From Macrostomum lignano (taxonomy: Eukaryota): 64,000 nucleotides of DNA. The stretch lies in assembly GCA_002269645.1 (NCBI GenBank), contig NIVC01003869.1:8810-72809 (forward strand), in the 5' to 3' direction. Shown one piece after another: positions 1 to 55,930 of the stretch (its first letter is position 1; each line of letters starts with the position of its first letter). The position numbers and the translations under genes are program-made. The notes beneath the pieces were generated by a model. The model saw only the letters and a list, made by a program, of their open reading frames with translations. It had not been told where the DNA came from and did no database searches.

Positions 1-1303
1 GCCCACCAAGAGAGGGGCGCCCACCAAGGGACAGTGGCGTCTACCAAGAGACAGTGGCTTCTACCAAGAGACAGTGGCTTCTACCAAGAGACAGTGGCGT
101 CTACCAAGAGACAGGGGTGCCCACCAAGAGAGGGGCGCCCACCAAGGGACAGTGGCTTCTACCAAGAGATAGTGGCTTCTATCAACAGACATTGGCTTCT
201 ACCAAGAGACAGTGGCGTCTACCAAGAGACAGTGGCGTCTACCAAGAGACAGTGGCTTCTACCAAGAGACAGTGGCTTCTACCAAGAGACAGTGGCGTCT
301 ACCAAGAGACAGGGGTGCCCACCAAGAGACAGGGGCGCCCACCAAGAGACAGAGGCGCCCACCAAGAGAGGGGCGCCCACCAGAGACAGTGGCTTCTACC
401 AAGAGACAGTGGCTTCTACCAAGAGACAGTGGCTCCTACCAAGAGACAGTGGCTTCTACCAAGAGACAGTGGCTTCTACCAAGAGACAGTGGCTTCTACC
501 AAGAGACAGTGGCGTCTACCAAGAGACAGGGGTGCCCACCAAGAGAGGGGCGCCCACCAAGGGACAGTGGCTTCTACCAAGAGATAGTGGCTTCTATCAA
601 CAGACATTGGCTTCTACCAACAGACAGTGGCTTCTACCAACAGACAGTGGCTTCTACCAAGGGACAGTGGCTTCTACCAAGAGATAGTGGCTTCTATCAA
701 CAGACATTGGCTTCTACCAAGAGACAGTGGCGTCTACCAAGAGACAGTGGCGTCTACCAAGAGACAGTGGCTTCTACCAAGAGACAGTGGCTTCTACCAA
801 GAGACAGTGGCGTCTACCAAGAGACAGGGGTGCCCACCAAGAGAGGGGCGCCCACCAAGGGACAGTGGCTTCTACCAAGAGATAGTGGCTTCTATCAACA
901 GACATTGGCTTCTACCAAGAGACAGTGGCGTCTACCAAGAGACAGTGGCGTCTACCAAGAGACAGTGGCTTCTACCAAGAGACAGTGGCTTCTACCAAGA
1001 GACAGTGGCTTCTACCAAGAGACAGTGGCGTCTACCAAGAGACAGGGGTGCCCACCAAGAGACAGGGGCGCCCACCAAGAGACAGAGGCGCCCACCAAGA
1101 GAGGGGCGCCCACCAGAGATAGTGGCTTCTACCAAGAGATAGTGGCTTCTACCAAGAGATAGTGGCTCCTACCAAGAGACAGTGGCTTCTACCAAGAGAT
1201 AGTGGCTCCTACCAAGAGACAGTGGCTTCTACCAAGAGACAGTGGCTCCTACCAAGAGACAGTGGCTTCTACCAAGAGACAGTGGCTCCTACCAAGAGAC
1301 AGG
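1..1303 (+). repeat. 20-bp minisatellite (CTACCAAGAGACAGTGGCTT with GGCGT/GGGGCGCC variants), in a CLASP intron; runs off the window start
   Basis: Directly visible tandem units; the ORFs at 34-1162 are repeat translations. Confidence 0.95.
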
Positions 1304-1581
1304 GACTGTCTCTGTAAAACTGACTCAGGATAACAACCTTTTTTCTTCAAGTTCGCCAAGGGCCCTCAGTCGCTTTGAGTTTCCCATTAATTAATGATTA
1401 AATTGACAAAATCTCTTCAATTGTAGAATATTTTAATTGACTTGACCTGCTTGCTAGCTTTGGTCTTCCTCGGGTCATTAAATTTTGAGTTTTCTTCCAT
1501 CAAAGAAAGTTGCAGGCCAATTCTAAATTGCTGTCAACACCTTTTCCTGTCTAACTGTCAGCTTCTACCCAACCTTCTCAG

Positions 1582-1708
1582 ACACGAGCAAAGAAAGTTT
1601 TGCATGCAACGACTAATTGGACTGGTTCGTGACAAGACCGCGTTGAACTGGGACGATCACTTCAAGAATATCCTGCTAATTTTGTTGGAAACTCTGTCCG
1701 AAAATGAG
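1582..1708 (+). CDS. CLASP: CLASP (CLIP-associating protein), penultimate coding exon
   Basis: ttctcag acceptor ends at 1581 and gtaagc donor starts at 1709. Translation HEQRKFCMQRLIGLVRDKTALNWDDHFKNILLILLETLSENE matches the CLASP C-terminal TOG-like motif WDEHFKTILLLLLETLGD. Confidence 0.88.
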
Positions 1709-1889
1709 GTAAGCGGCGGCTGGGGGGTTCCCAGCTTGTTTTGTGGGCGTTTTTGCCAGTTAAGCTACGTATTTTTCAGCCGTGTCTCCTGGTAAAAATA
1801 AATTTAACTGAAGACACGCCCAGAACTGAGGGCAATCATTGTGTTCTTCTTATTCCTCCTCTTGTGTGTCTCTGTTTAGTCCGTGAGAC

Positions 1890-2710
1890 TCTGACATTGT
1901 GACACTGGTCCTGACATCCTGTTTACTGACATCTCTTGTCTGACATCCTGTTTACTGACATCTATTGTCTGACATCCTGTTTACTGACATCTCTTGTCTG
2001 ACATCCTGTTTACTGACATCTCTTGTCTGACACCCTGTTTACTGACATCTCTTGTCTGACATCCTGTTTACTGACATCTATTGTCTGACATCCTGTTTAC
2101 TGACATCTCTTGTCTGACATCCTGTTTACTGACATCTCTTGTCTGACATCCTGTTTACTGACATCTATTGTCTGACATCCTGTTTACTGACATCTCTTGT
2201 CTGACATCCTGTTTACTGACATCTCTTGTCTGACACCCTGTTTACTGACGCCTCATCTGACATCTCTTGTCTGACATCTCTTGTCTGACATCCTGTTTAC
2301 TGACATCTCTTGTCTGACACCCTGTTTACTGACGCCTCATCTGACATCTCTTGTCTGACATCTCTTGTCTGACATCCTGTTTACTGACATCTCTTGTCTG
2401 ACACCCTGTTTACTGACGCCTCATCTGACATCTCTTGTCTGACATCTCTTGTCTGACATCCTGTTTACTGACATCTCTTGTCTGACACCCTGTTTACTGA
2501 CGCCTCATCTGACATCTCTTGTCTGACACCCTGTTTACTGACGCCTCATCTGACATCTCTTGTCTGACATCCTGTTTACTGACGCCTTATCTGACACCTC
2601 TTGTCTGACACCCTGTTTATCGACGTCTCATCTGACACCCTGCTTACTGACGTCTCATCTGACACCTCTTGTCTGACACCCTGTTTATCGACGCCTCATC
2701 TGACACCCTT
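1890..2710 (+). repeat. ~29-bp minisatellite (CTGACATCTCTTGT-CTGACATCCTGTTTA) filling the last CLASP intron
   Basis: Visible tandem units built from 14/15-bp subunits. Confidence 0.93.
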
Positions 2711-2766
2711 GTTACTGCCACCTTTTGATCCGGCAATGTGCTGTTTTCATCCCACAAATCCTTCAG

Positions 2767-3297
2767 AGCGACATTCGAGCCTGCGCTCTGTCCGCCCTGC
2801 AAGAGCTGCTCCGAGCCGAGTCGGCCAGATTCGTTGACTTTGTCGAGGTCACCGTATTGAAGGTGCTGGAAGCGCACAGAGATCAGGACCGGTCTGTAGC
2901 CAAAGCCGCGGACGATTGCGCCAAAGCTCTGTCTGCCTGCCTGCCAGCTGATCAGATTCTCCGAGTCCTCATTCCCATTGTGCTGGACTCTGAGGTGCCA
3001 ATCACTTTGGCGGCAATCAAGATGGAGATGCGAGTAGTTCAAGAGGCTGACTCTGGTCTGCTCGAACGCCTGCTAGCGGAGCTCTGCCCCGGCCTGGTCA
3101 GGGCCTGCGAGCATCAGGAGTCGCCGATACGAAAGGCGGCGATATTCTGCTTAGTACAGGTGCAGCTCAAGGTTGGCGACTCCCTGATGCTGCATCTGGG
3201 CGATATGAGCGGCACCAAGCGGCGTCTGTTGCAGCTGTACATCTGCCGGGCCAGGGCGCCCCAGCAGCAGCAGCAGCAGCAACTGACCGCCTTCTAA
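2767..3297 (+). CDS. CLASP: CLASP, last coding exon (C-terminal CLIP-binding/TOG-like domain)
   Basis: Phase-0 join after ttcag (2766). SDIRACAL...VLKVLEAHRD...LAAIKM...ESPIRKAAIFCLV...GTKRRLLQLYICRA matches the CLASP C-terminus (IRALAL...KTLEAHKD...LAAIKM...ESSVRKASVFCLV...GSKMKLLNLYIKRA). Stop TAA at 3295-3297. Confidence 0.93.
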   Translation, partial: SDIRACALSALQELLRAESARFVDFVEVTVLKVLEAHRDQDRSVAKAADDCAKALSACLPADQILRVLIPIVLDSEVPITLAAIKMEMRVVQEADSGLLERLLAELCPGLVRACEHQESPIRKAAIFCLVQVQLKVGDSLMLHLGDMSGTKRRLLQLYICRARAPQQQQQQQLTAF

Positions 3298-3429
3298 AAG
3301 AAGCTGTTTATATATATATACCTGTGTTTTTCTCTATCTTTTTTGCTTTGGTTTTTTAGGGTTCACTTGCTAATTTATTCTGAAGACATGACTCGCTGAT
3401 TATTGAGTTGGTGACCTATTATCAAGCAT

Positions 3430-3830
3430 TGATGACTCACTGATGACTCACTTGGTTGCTCACTGAATATGACTCACTTAAATCTTTAAATGACTCACTT
3501 AAATCTTTAAATGAATCACTTAAATCCTTTAATGACTCACTGAGTGCATCGGTGACTCACTTAAATCCTTAAATGACTCACTGAATGCATCGATGACTCA
3601 CTTAAATCCTTAAATGACTCACTGAAGGCATCGATGACTCACTTAAATCCTTTAATGACTCACTGAATGCATCGGTGACTCACTTAAATCCTTAAATGAC
3701 TCACTGAATGCATCGATGACTCACTTAAATTATTAGATGACTCACTTAAATCCTTAAAAGACTCACTGAATGCATCGATGACTCACTTCAATCCTTAAAT
3801 GACTCACTGAATACATCGATGACTCACTAA
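3430..3830 (+). repeat. 20/21-bp minisatellite built around TGACTCAC, downstream of the CLASP stop
   Basis: About 18 TGACTCA copies counted by eye; alternating CTTAAATCCTTAAA and TGAATGCATCGA spacers. Confidence 0.9.
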
Positions 3831-4769
3831 ATGCTCTTTGATTCACCATTTAATAAATAATTTCAAATTGATTAATTATCAGAGGCTACACTTGCTTATA
3901 TGATATTTGCATCTGTAAAACTACTATGCGCCTCCCTCATCAGTGCTATTCAAAATATTCTTCATCTATTACTCTAATACTTCATCAAATTTGCTGACAG
4001 AGGTTTCAATAGAATAACAAGTATGAATTCTCAAATCTGTATTTTTTTAATAATTTACTAATCAACTAGTTTATTGTCCCAAACGAAATATATTTAGTTA
4101 ATATTAGTATACTCTGAATGGTATAAGTATATGGTATTATATGATTAATGTGTTATTTTTCCAACGATATTTATTATTAGTGTGACATTAGTTATTTTAA
4201 AAATAACATAAAAATATATTGCATTTTTATTTCATCTTAAAATTTGTATTGTATAGTATTGGTGTGGATTAAATGGGGGCCCTGCCGCAAGCTAGTGAAT
4301 ATCCAAGCATATGATTATGATTAATGATGTAATCTCGTTAATTGTGTTTTATTGGCGTATATATATTTACATATGAAATATGAAATATGGAACTTCGGAA
4401 CAGCACTGACGCACTGCAGACTAAAATATATATGAAATTTATTAATCTACGTGTTGTCTGCCATTTTGTCTGCAATCTGCCAGTATTCTCTTAATGTTCC
4501 TGTTCAAGGCACTGTAAATAGTTTTCTTGATGCGTTTTTTAGCTTCACTTTTCTGCTAATTTATTCTTGCAGTCAGCAAAGAGGCGAGCTAATTCATACC
4601 CTAAGCACGCTCTCACAGAGTGTACAGCAGCCCAGACTTTCTGACCGTCAGGCGTGTACAGTCTCTGTGCCTTCTGGGGGCTGGGCCTCGTAGGTGTGAA
4701 ATTGATCCCCTGATCAATATTCGTGCATATAAGCCGCGCGGATGTATGTGGCCGCGCACGGGACTACAG

Positions 4770-5445
4770 TGGGGCGCCAGGTACAGAGGGGGCGCCAATT
4801 ACAGAGGAGCGGTGGCTACAGAAAGGGCCAAACAGCTACAGGGGGCGCTAGCTACAGAGGGAGGGGGCGCTAGCTACAGGGGGCGCTAGCTACAGAGGGA
4901 GGGGGCGCTAGCTACAGGGGGCGCTAGCTATAGAGGGCGCCAGCTACAGAGGGCGCCAGCTACAGAGGGCGCCAGCTACAGAGGGCGCCAGCTACAGAGG
5001 GGACGCCAGCTACAGAGGGCGCCAGCTACAGAGGGCGCCAGCTACAGAGGGGACGCCAGCTACAGAGGGAGAAGCGCTAGCTACAGAGGGCGCCAGCTAC
5101 AGAGGTTGCCAGCTACAGAGGGGACGCCAGCTACAGAGGGAGGGGCGCTATCTACAGAGGGCGCCAGCTACAGAGGGCGCCAGCTACGAGTACAAAGGGG
5201 GCGCCAGCTACAGAGGGAGGGGGCGCCAGCTACAGAGAGAGGGGCGCTAGCTACAGAGGGCGCCAGCTACGAGTCCTAAGGGGGCGCTAGCTAGAGGCGG
5301 CGCCAGCTACAGAGGGAGGGGCGCTAGCTACAGAGGGCGCCAGCTACGAGTACTAAGGGGGCGCCATGCAGCTACAGAGGGAGGGGCGCTAGCTACAGAG
5401 GGCGCCAGCTACAGAGGGGGCGCTAGCTACAAAGAAGGCGCCAAC
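4770..5445 (+). repeat. ~16-bp GC-rich minisatellite (GCTACAGAGGGCGCCA and variants)
   Basis: Visible tandem units. Confidence 0.9.
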
Positions 5446-5852
5446 TTCGGAGAGCGGATCCTGATAGCTCCTTTGCAAGCTACCCAAAATCTTTTATAAT
5501 TCTGTAGTCATTATCAGCATCCCGAATCAAACGCAGCATTCGTAAGCTTAGGTTGCAGTTCTGTTGCAACAGTGGGCAGCTGTAAAAAGCATCTTAGCAT
5601 TCAATCCTGCTGACAGGATTCGTCCAGCGCATCTTTATTCGGCATAATTTAGTTTCCAAGTTGGAGTGTTTTGTCAATGTTTGAGTAGCTCATACAGCTC
5701 TAGTTCACGAACAGAAATTGTAAATCAATAATATTTGTTATAGTTTGATCATCCTGCTGCACGCGATCAGAACGTTCAGCCGAGAAACTCCGAGATTCTC
5801 TTTCTGTAGCGGCGCTCGTTTTGGCGCAGCCACTTGGCGAGAGCCTCAGCCG

Positions 5853-6249
5853 ATGTCTCCTCCTCCGGTGGGGGCACCGGCCACGGGCTGCCGCGTTTTC
5901 CTAGAAACTCGGACACTCGCTTTTCTATCGGGCTGGGTCGGTCGGTGTCAACTGGGGGGGGTGCGGTGAAATTAAGGAGTTGATTAGCGAATCTAAGCCT
6001 GTCTGTGTGTCTGTCTTAGTGTCTGCCTGCCTGTCTCTCTGTGTGTCTGTCTTAGTGTCTGCCTGTCTGTCTGCTTGTCTGTGTCTCTGTCTGTCTCTCT
6101 GTCTTAGTGTCTGCCTGCCTGTCTCTCTGTGTGTCTGTCTGTCTGTCTGTCTGTCTCTCTGTCTTAGTGTCTGCCTACCTGTCTCTGTGTGTCTGTCTGT
6201 CTGTCTTAGTGTCTGCCTGTCTGTCTGTCTGTCTGTCTTAGTGTCTGCC

Positions 6250-6292
<43 letters not shown>

Positions 6293-6673
6293 GTGTGTGT
6301 CTGTCTGTCTGTCTGTCTGTCTGTCTTAGTGTCTGCCTGCCTGTCTGTCTGTCTGTCTCTCTGTCTTAGTGTCTGCCTGTCTGTCTGTCTGCCTGTCTGT
6401 CTGTCTGTCTGCCTGCCTGTCTGTCTGGCTGGCTAATCACCCACCCAACAAAGGGTGTAGCACACAGAACCGTCAATAAAGTTCTTATTCGTCTTACACG
6501 GCCTGGGCTCCACAGTCACTGCCGTCATCGCCATCAGCAGCATCAAAGCGAAGCGTGCAGATTTCATGAGATCTTCCGCTGATATTTCCAACAATAACAA
6601 ACGAAAGAAGATTTTGTTGCTAGAAGACAAGTGGAATCGAAGCAGAGCAATTGTTGCACCTTATATTGACTGA
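5853..6673 (+). CDS. Possible small two-exon gene (~90 aa, one hydrophobic segment followed by a basic tail); unassigned
   Basis: ATG at 5853, donor near 5937/5941, a (GTCT)n-filled intron, acceptor at 6460 or 6467, then [29 protein letters not shown]... to TGA at 6673. No family recognised. Confidence 0.25.
5998..6432 (+). repeat. (GTCT)n microsatellite
   Basis: Directly visible. Confidence 0.95.
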
Positions 6674-7214
6674 ACGAGCCGGCCTTCTCACTGGCTGCTC
6701 GCCTTAATTGGGCAGGGAAATCTGGCAAAACTTTTTTTCTTGTCCGGCTCCTCTCTCTTTGACACGAGTTCCTGTTTGAGCAGCTGGGTGCATCGCTGCC
6801 TGTGCTTATAATTTACTGCCTTTGCTGCTGAGAAAATTGTCAATTTGAACGTTTGCAAAACTGTCATGTGTGGGCGATTACAAGGTGGGTGGGGGGGGGG
6901 TGGTAAACCGCGCCGCTGCACGCGCTGCCACAGATAATAAATAAATTTAGCATCTGTGCGCGCTGCTGCCTTGCTTCTTCTAAACTGGGGAATTCTGCCG
7001 TATGAAGTAAAGTTAGCGTAGAGTTGCTCCATGATCATTGCAAACTGATGCATACACGAGGTCAGGCCGGTTAAATTGAAATCCTGCGAGCTATTGAAAA
7101 CTTCGTCATAACCAGAAACAGAATTGCGACATGATCGACTCTGCATACCTCGAACTGCGGCTCTTCTTTCGAGTCTACGGCGTTTTGACTGCCAAAAATA
7201 ATACGGTCTAACCT

Positions 7215-7578
7215 AACTGTAACCCTAATCCCAACTCTAATCCCTAATCCCTATCCTTAATCCCTAATCCCCAAATCTACTCTAATCCCTAATCATTAAT
7301 CCCTATCTCGAATACCTAATTCCTAATCCCTATCCCTAATCCATAATCCCTAATTCCTAATCCCTACTGTAATCCCTAATCCGTAATTCCTAATCCATTA
7401 TTCCTAATCCCTACTCTAATCCCTAATCCCTAATTCCTAATCCATTATTCCTAATCCCTACTCTAATCTTTAATCCCTAATCCAAGGACTACTTAAGTAG
7501 ACACTATATACGTTACTTACTCGTACATGTAAGTCGTCCTTGCCTTAATCTCTATTCCTAATCCCTAATCCCTAGTTC
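7215..7578 (+). repeat. Degenerate (CCCTAAT)n telomere-like interstitial repeat with a 60-bp MITE-like insert
   Basis: Repeated CCCTAAT/CCTAAT units, interrupted at 7483-7542. Confidence 0.75.
7483..7542. mobile_element. Minimal non-autonomous DNA element (CAAGGACTAC TIR family)
   Basis: Ends are CAAGGACTACTTA and TAAGTCGTCCTTG; 8-bp flanks CCCTAATC and CCTTAATC. Confidence 0.55.
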
Positions 7579-8834
7579 CACCAGTGAACGAGCCGAGAGC
7601 GAGAGAACCCGAGGCCATGCTCATTTTTCACTGCTCATTCTCATGCGTGAAAAAAGTGATTGGAAATCGATCAGAGTAGTGATTTTTTAATATTTAGCTT
7701 GAAATGAGGCAAAAAGCGCAATAGGACGGCAATATTTTTATGACGCCTGATTTTCCACATAACGAGGCATATTTGTGTGCAATTTCTAGAGATTCGGTTC
7801 ATTGGGTAAAAAATTATCGATAAAAAACTAAAAACTTGATTTGTGACACTTTTGCTACTTCCGGGGCTAATTAACCGGGAAATGTTATAAATTTTGAACT
7901 GAAATGCACGGTGTTCCAGACAGTTAATTTAACAAATTTCTTGAATTTCATAAACAAATCGATGTTTTTTCACGTAAAAAATGCCTTTTTTGCACCAAAA
8001 TTCATGAGATTAAGCTGCATACCGCTTTGCATAATTTGCATTTGCACAGAGTTTGCAAGTACGTAAATAGCTTATCAATTATTATCTTGTCTTATCTTAT
8101 CAATACTATTATTATATTTGCCCCACAGCCCTGCTGCAATTATCATTTTTATTCAGCAATCAGGGGGGGACAAGGGTCCGGCCGGGTATGCAATGAACTA
8201 AGGACGACTGCTTGCACTGGCAATTGAATTTTAAAATATTTCCAGAATAGAATGTCCATATTCAATAAGCCTGCCATTACACTTCATCTGAGACTAATTA
8301 ATTTTTCCCAGTCACAATGACTGAATCAGTTATCTCAGTAGCGGCAGTTTCAGAGGCAGAGAAGAAAAATCAATTAATTTATTTTATTACCTCTTCACCG
8401 CTTGTGACCGCTTGGGGGCTCTTTCATGGACTTCTACTATAGCTGTCAGCCAAGGAGTGCTAAACTAAGCTATCTGGATTTGAAACTAATTTTGCAATTA
8501 TCGTTTATATTAATGAGGACTCAGATGTTGCGGAGCATCTAGACAAATTATCAAAACGGTAGTTTCCAGTCCACTATTGCTTAGCACATTTCAGTAGTCC
8601 TTGGCATGCGCCGACAATGAGCCCCAGCTGCAACTGGCAGGCACCACCCCCTTCCCCATCCTGCCCTGGGTTGGCCTGACAATGGACAATGGGTTATTGG
8701 CCAGGTGCTTTTAATAATTATCATTTTTCGGCTTCAGTTGGCGATCAGGGATCTAAGAGGAGAGAGAGACTCTATAAAGAGATGGATTTAAAACTCAGCA
8801 TCCCCATCTCCAACTCAGCAACAGTCTCCCTGCG

Positions 8835-52872
<44,038 letters not shown>

Positions 52873-52994
52873 TACTAAGCTAACACCTTCAACTATGAAC
52901 TGACCGTTAATAACGCGCACATACTGTTCATATATTGTTCAACAGGCCATTGCTAACCTTCGAGTCACAGAGAGGGTACATGCCAAGGTTGTTG

Positions 52995-53033
52995 CAAGGA
53001 CCACTGTAGTACACTGTACTACAGTAGTCCTTG
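52995..53033. mobile_element. 39-bp palindromic mini-MITE (CAAGGAC TIR family)
   Basis: CAAGGACCACTGTAGTACA-C-TGTACTACAGTAGTCCTTG; 8-bp flanks GGTTGTTG and GGTTGTTA. Confidence 0.65.
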
Positions 53034-53289
53034 GGTTGTTATACACCCTGCGTGAGCGTGCGTGTGCTCAGACTGAGTAGAGTCCATGCATGTTTGTTCG
53101 TTTTCTTCTCTCTCTCTTGAGCGTATTTTCTAGAACAGTTGCCTTTTTACCTATCTCCAGCGTACACTTTGGTTTCTTCTTTTTGTTTGTTGCTTATTTG
53201 AGAATATCGAAGACTTTACCAGCGTGTGAGAGCACAACTATTTTATTACCAAAATGGGAAAATAAAAAAGCGAGCAATTGGGGAACACG

Positions 53290-53510
53290 AGAATTTCCCG
53301 CAGGAAGTTTTACCGCCGAGGTTTGCCCGCAGGGTTTTTACAGTCTATAGACAATGCTTGACTAGATTAGAACTAGACTAAACTAGACTAGACTAGACAT
53401 AAACTTGACTAGATTAGAACTAGACTAGATTTCAAATCCGATTGGATTTGACTTGAATTTCCGACAGGAGAAACCCTGAGGGAAAACCTCGGCGGGAAAT
53501 TCTCATAGAC
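53290..53510. repeat. Imperfect inverted repeat enclosing (ACTAG)n
   Basis: GAGAATTTCCCGC...CGAGGTTT...CAGGGTTT mirrored by AAACCCTG...AAAACCTCG...GCGGGAAATTCTC. Confidence 0.55.
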
Positions 53511-53659
53511 CCGAGCAATTATTGTACTAATAATGCAACTAGTGACAGGTAGCTGCTGTCTGTCTCAGCCACATTCATTTATGCTTTAGAGAGTGCACAT
53601 GCCTGACGATTAGAAAGAATCAGGACCGTTGTACACCCTGTGTGAGCGTGTGTATGAGT

Positions 53660-54103
53660 GTGTGCCTTCCTGTTATACAACGCCGAGACCTGGACGCTGA
53701 CAGACTCGCTCGAGGCTCAAGTCGACGCGGCGCACGCTGGCCTGCTGCGCGCCGCCTTCAAGATCGGCAACGAGCGAGTCACCAACACGGCGCTCTATCA
53801 TCGCGCCGCCCTGGCCCGTCCTAGCGATCTGCTGCGCCGTCGGCGACTCCAGCTGGCAGGCCACGTCATCCGCGCCGAGGCCTACTGTCCGGAGCCGGTG
53901 CAGGAGGTGCTGCTACTTACGTTGCAGGCACCCTACCGGCGGGGACAGGCGAGGACTCGGCGCTACGTCGACTGTCTGCTGGCTGACGCCGGCGCCCCGG
54001 ACTCTGCCGGCGGTGCAGCGTTTGTTCGCGCCCAAGCTTCGAAGCGCGCCATCTGACGCTGCTTTTGCGAACTGACAGCGTACTCTGTTGTTGTTGTTGT
54101 TGT
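53660..54103 (+). mobile_element. 5'-truncated non-LTR retrotransposon (RTE-like LINE), 3' end
   Basis: LLYNAETWTL...LLRAAFKI...RVTN...LRRRRLQLAGHVIR is the typical post-RT region; a (TTG)n tail follows at ~54085-54103. Confidence 0.8.
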
Positions 54104-54235
54104 GCCTTCGTACAGTATTGGAGCGCTTGTATGTCAGCTCAGGAGTCAGCGAAATGGACAATTATGCAACCATCCTGCAAAATGGTTATTATTAAATACC
54201 AGAATACCACACAGCTGCCTAACACCACAAATTTG

Positions 54236-54310
54236 GGCTAGGGTTAGGATTAGGGTTAGGGTTAGGGTTAGGTTAGGATTAGGGTTAGGGTTATGTCTAG
54301 GGTTAGGTTG
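54236..54310 (+). repeat. Short (TTAGGG)n-like interstitial telomeric tract
   Basis: GGGTTAGGATTAGGGTTAGGGTTAGGG... Confidence 0.8.
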
Positions 54311-54333
54311 GCAGTGAAATATGGTGTACTAGG

Positions 54334-54801
54334 CAAGGACTACTAAAGTAGATGTTAATGAGGCTGGTTTTCGCCGAAAAATACACTACGGAGATAGGAA
54401 GTTTTCATTTTTTCAACACAAAAATTGCTATTGCTTTTGATAGGAGGCAAACATAGAATCTGAACGAAAAGATTCTACGTATGTTCACCTTTGAATTACA
54501 TGTTGCGCCTTTCTTATTGCTCTATTGATATTTATAAATCTTTTCGTTCAGAAAATTAGGATTCTATGTTTGCTTTTTAACGATTTTAGGTAAATGAAAT
54601 GTATGTTAGAATAAAAAATTGACATGGAGTTCTAATATTCTAAACGAAAAGATTATAAAAATCAATAGAGCTAAAAAATGCACAACATATCAAAAGATGA
54701 ACACTGGGTCTCCCCTCTATCAAAAGCAATAACAATCTTTGTGTTGAAAAAATGAAAACTTGCTATCTCCGCAGTGTATTTTTTCTTTAGGTAGTCCTTT
54801 G
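54334..54801. mobile_element. Foldback MITE (CAAGGACTAC TIR family) with ~190-bp internal inverted arms
   Basis: Ends CAAGGACTAC and GTAGTCCTTTG; arm 54376-54570 is the reverse complement of 54625-54785; flanks GTACTAGG and GTACTAAT. Confidence 0.75.
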
Positions 54802-55489
54802 GTACTAATTAAGCTACACATTAGTAATAAACATCATAAAAATTCCCAAAAATACACTATAAGGTCAATATCTATGGCACTTAAATGGCGACATTGCTCC
54901 GTCTCGTTTCTTGAAAACCATTTTAGTAAAATAAGAAAACACTATAACAATTAGCAATATCCGCCCACGCATAGATAGCTCTACCTGGGGGGGGGGTTGT
55001 CGCCTATACTCGAACTGCAGACGGTTCAAGTGAGAAAACAATCACTGGAGAGCAGCAACACAGCCAGTCTACAGACGGGGAAAAAGCAAATTTATGCAAT
55101 TCTATTTCTGCTTGAATTAAAATGCAGAGCTTTTAGGATTTTTCCACAGCATTTATTTCCCAGTTTGATATATTAAGCTTTTTAATTTAATATTTAATCA
55201 CTTCACTTTAAAGACAGCGCGCATCCATGCGAACAGAAGCCTCTATCCAGCCTTTCGTCTGACAAAAAATGCCTTCTATTGCCATAATTGCCTTTGTCTT
55301 GGTGGGGAATTTTCCAGATTAACTGCTGATTTTGACACTTTTCCTGCATTCAGTGTAGAGAGCAGAGAGCTCTGTTTGAGCCGCTTGTCCATCTTCTATT
55401 CTAATCAGTATTGGGATCTACAGACTTAGTATAATAATCCATAACAATATATTAAATCTCTAATTATAATCTAAAGGCCTGATGGCCCA

Positions 55490-55930
55490 TTTAAAATCGG
55501 TAGAATCATCAATAGTCCATAAGATCTATAGAATTGATAGTCCAAATGATTCTAAACTTAGTATAGTTCACAAGATCCATAGGCCTGATAATCCATAAGA
55601 TCTATAGACTTGCTGGTCCATAAGATCTATAGACGTAATATTTCATATAATCTATAGAATTGATTATCCAAATGATCTATCGACTTGATGGTCCATATGA
55701 TCTAAAGACTTGGTAGTCTATACGATCTATAGACTTGATAGTTCATAAGATAAGTATACCTGATAGTCCAGTTTATATGATCTATAGACTTTGATAGTCC
55801 ATACGATCTATAGACTTGGTAGTCTATGCGATCTATAGGCTTGATAGTTTATATGATCTATAGACCTGCTATTTCATTAGGTCTAGAATTGTAATATGGA
55901 TAGTCCAAAAATCTATAGGCCTCTCCAATG
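55490..55930 (+). repeat. Degenerate AT-rich ~30-bp minisatellite (GATAGTCCATAAGATCTATAGACTT)
   Basis: Recurring GATCTATAGAC core. Confidence 0.75.

Noticed and set aside
34-1162. ORFs in minisatellites (also 5980-6369, 12253-13332, 15210-16754, 19777-21213, 25223-26218, 27126-27561, 28315-28695, 56745-57538)
   Set aside because: Low-complexity translations of tandem repeats, mostly intronic.
7215-7578. True telomere or telomere-addition site
   Set aside because: Short, degenerate, 7-mer based and internal to genic sequence.
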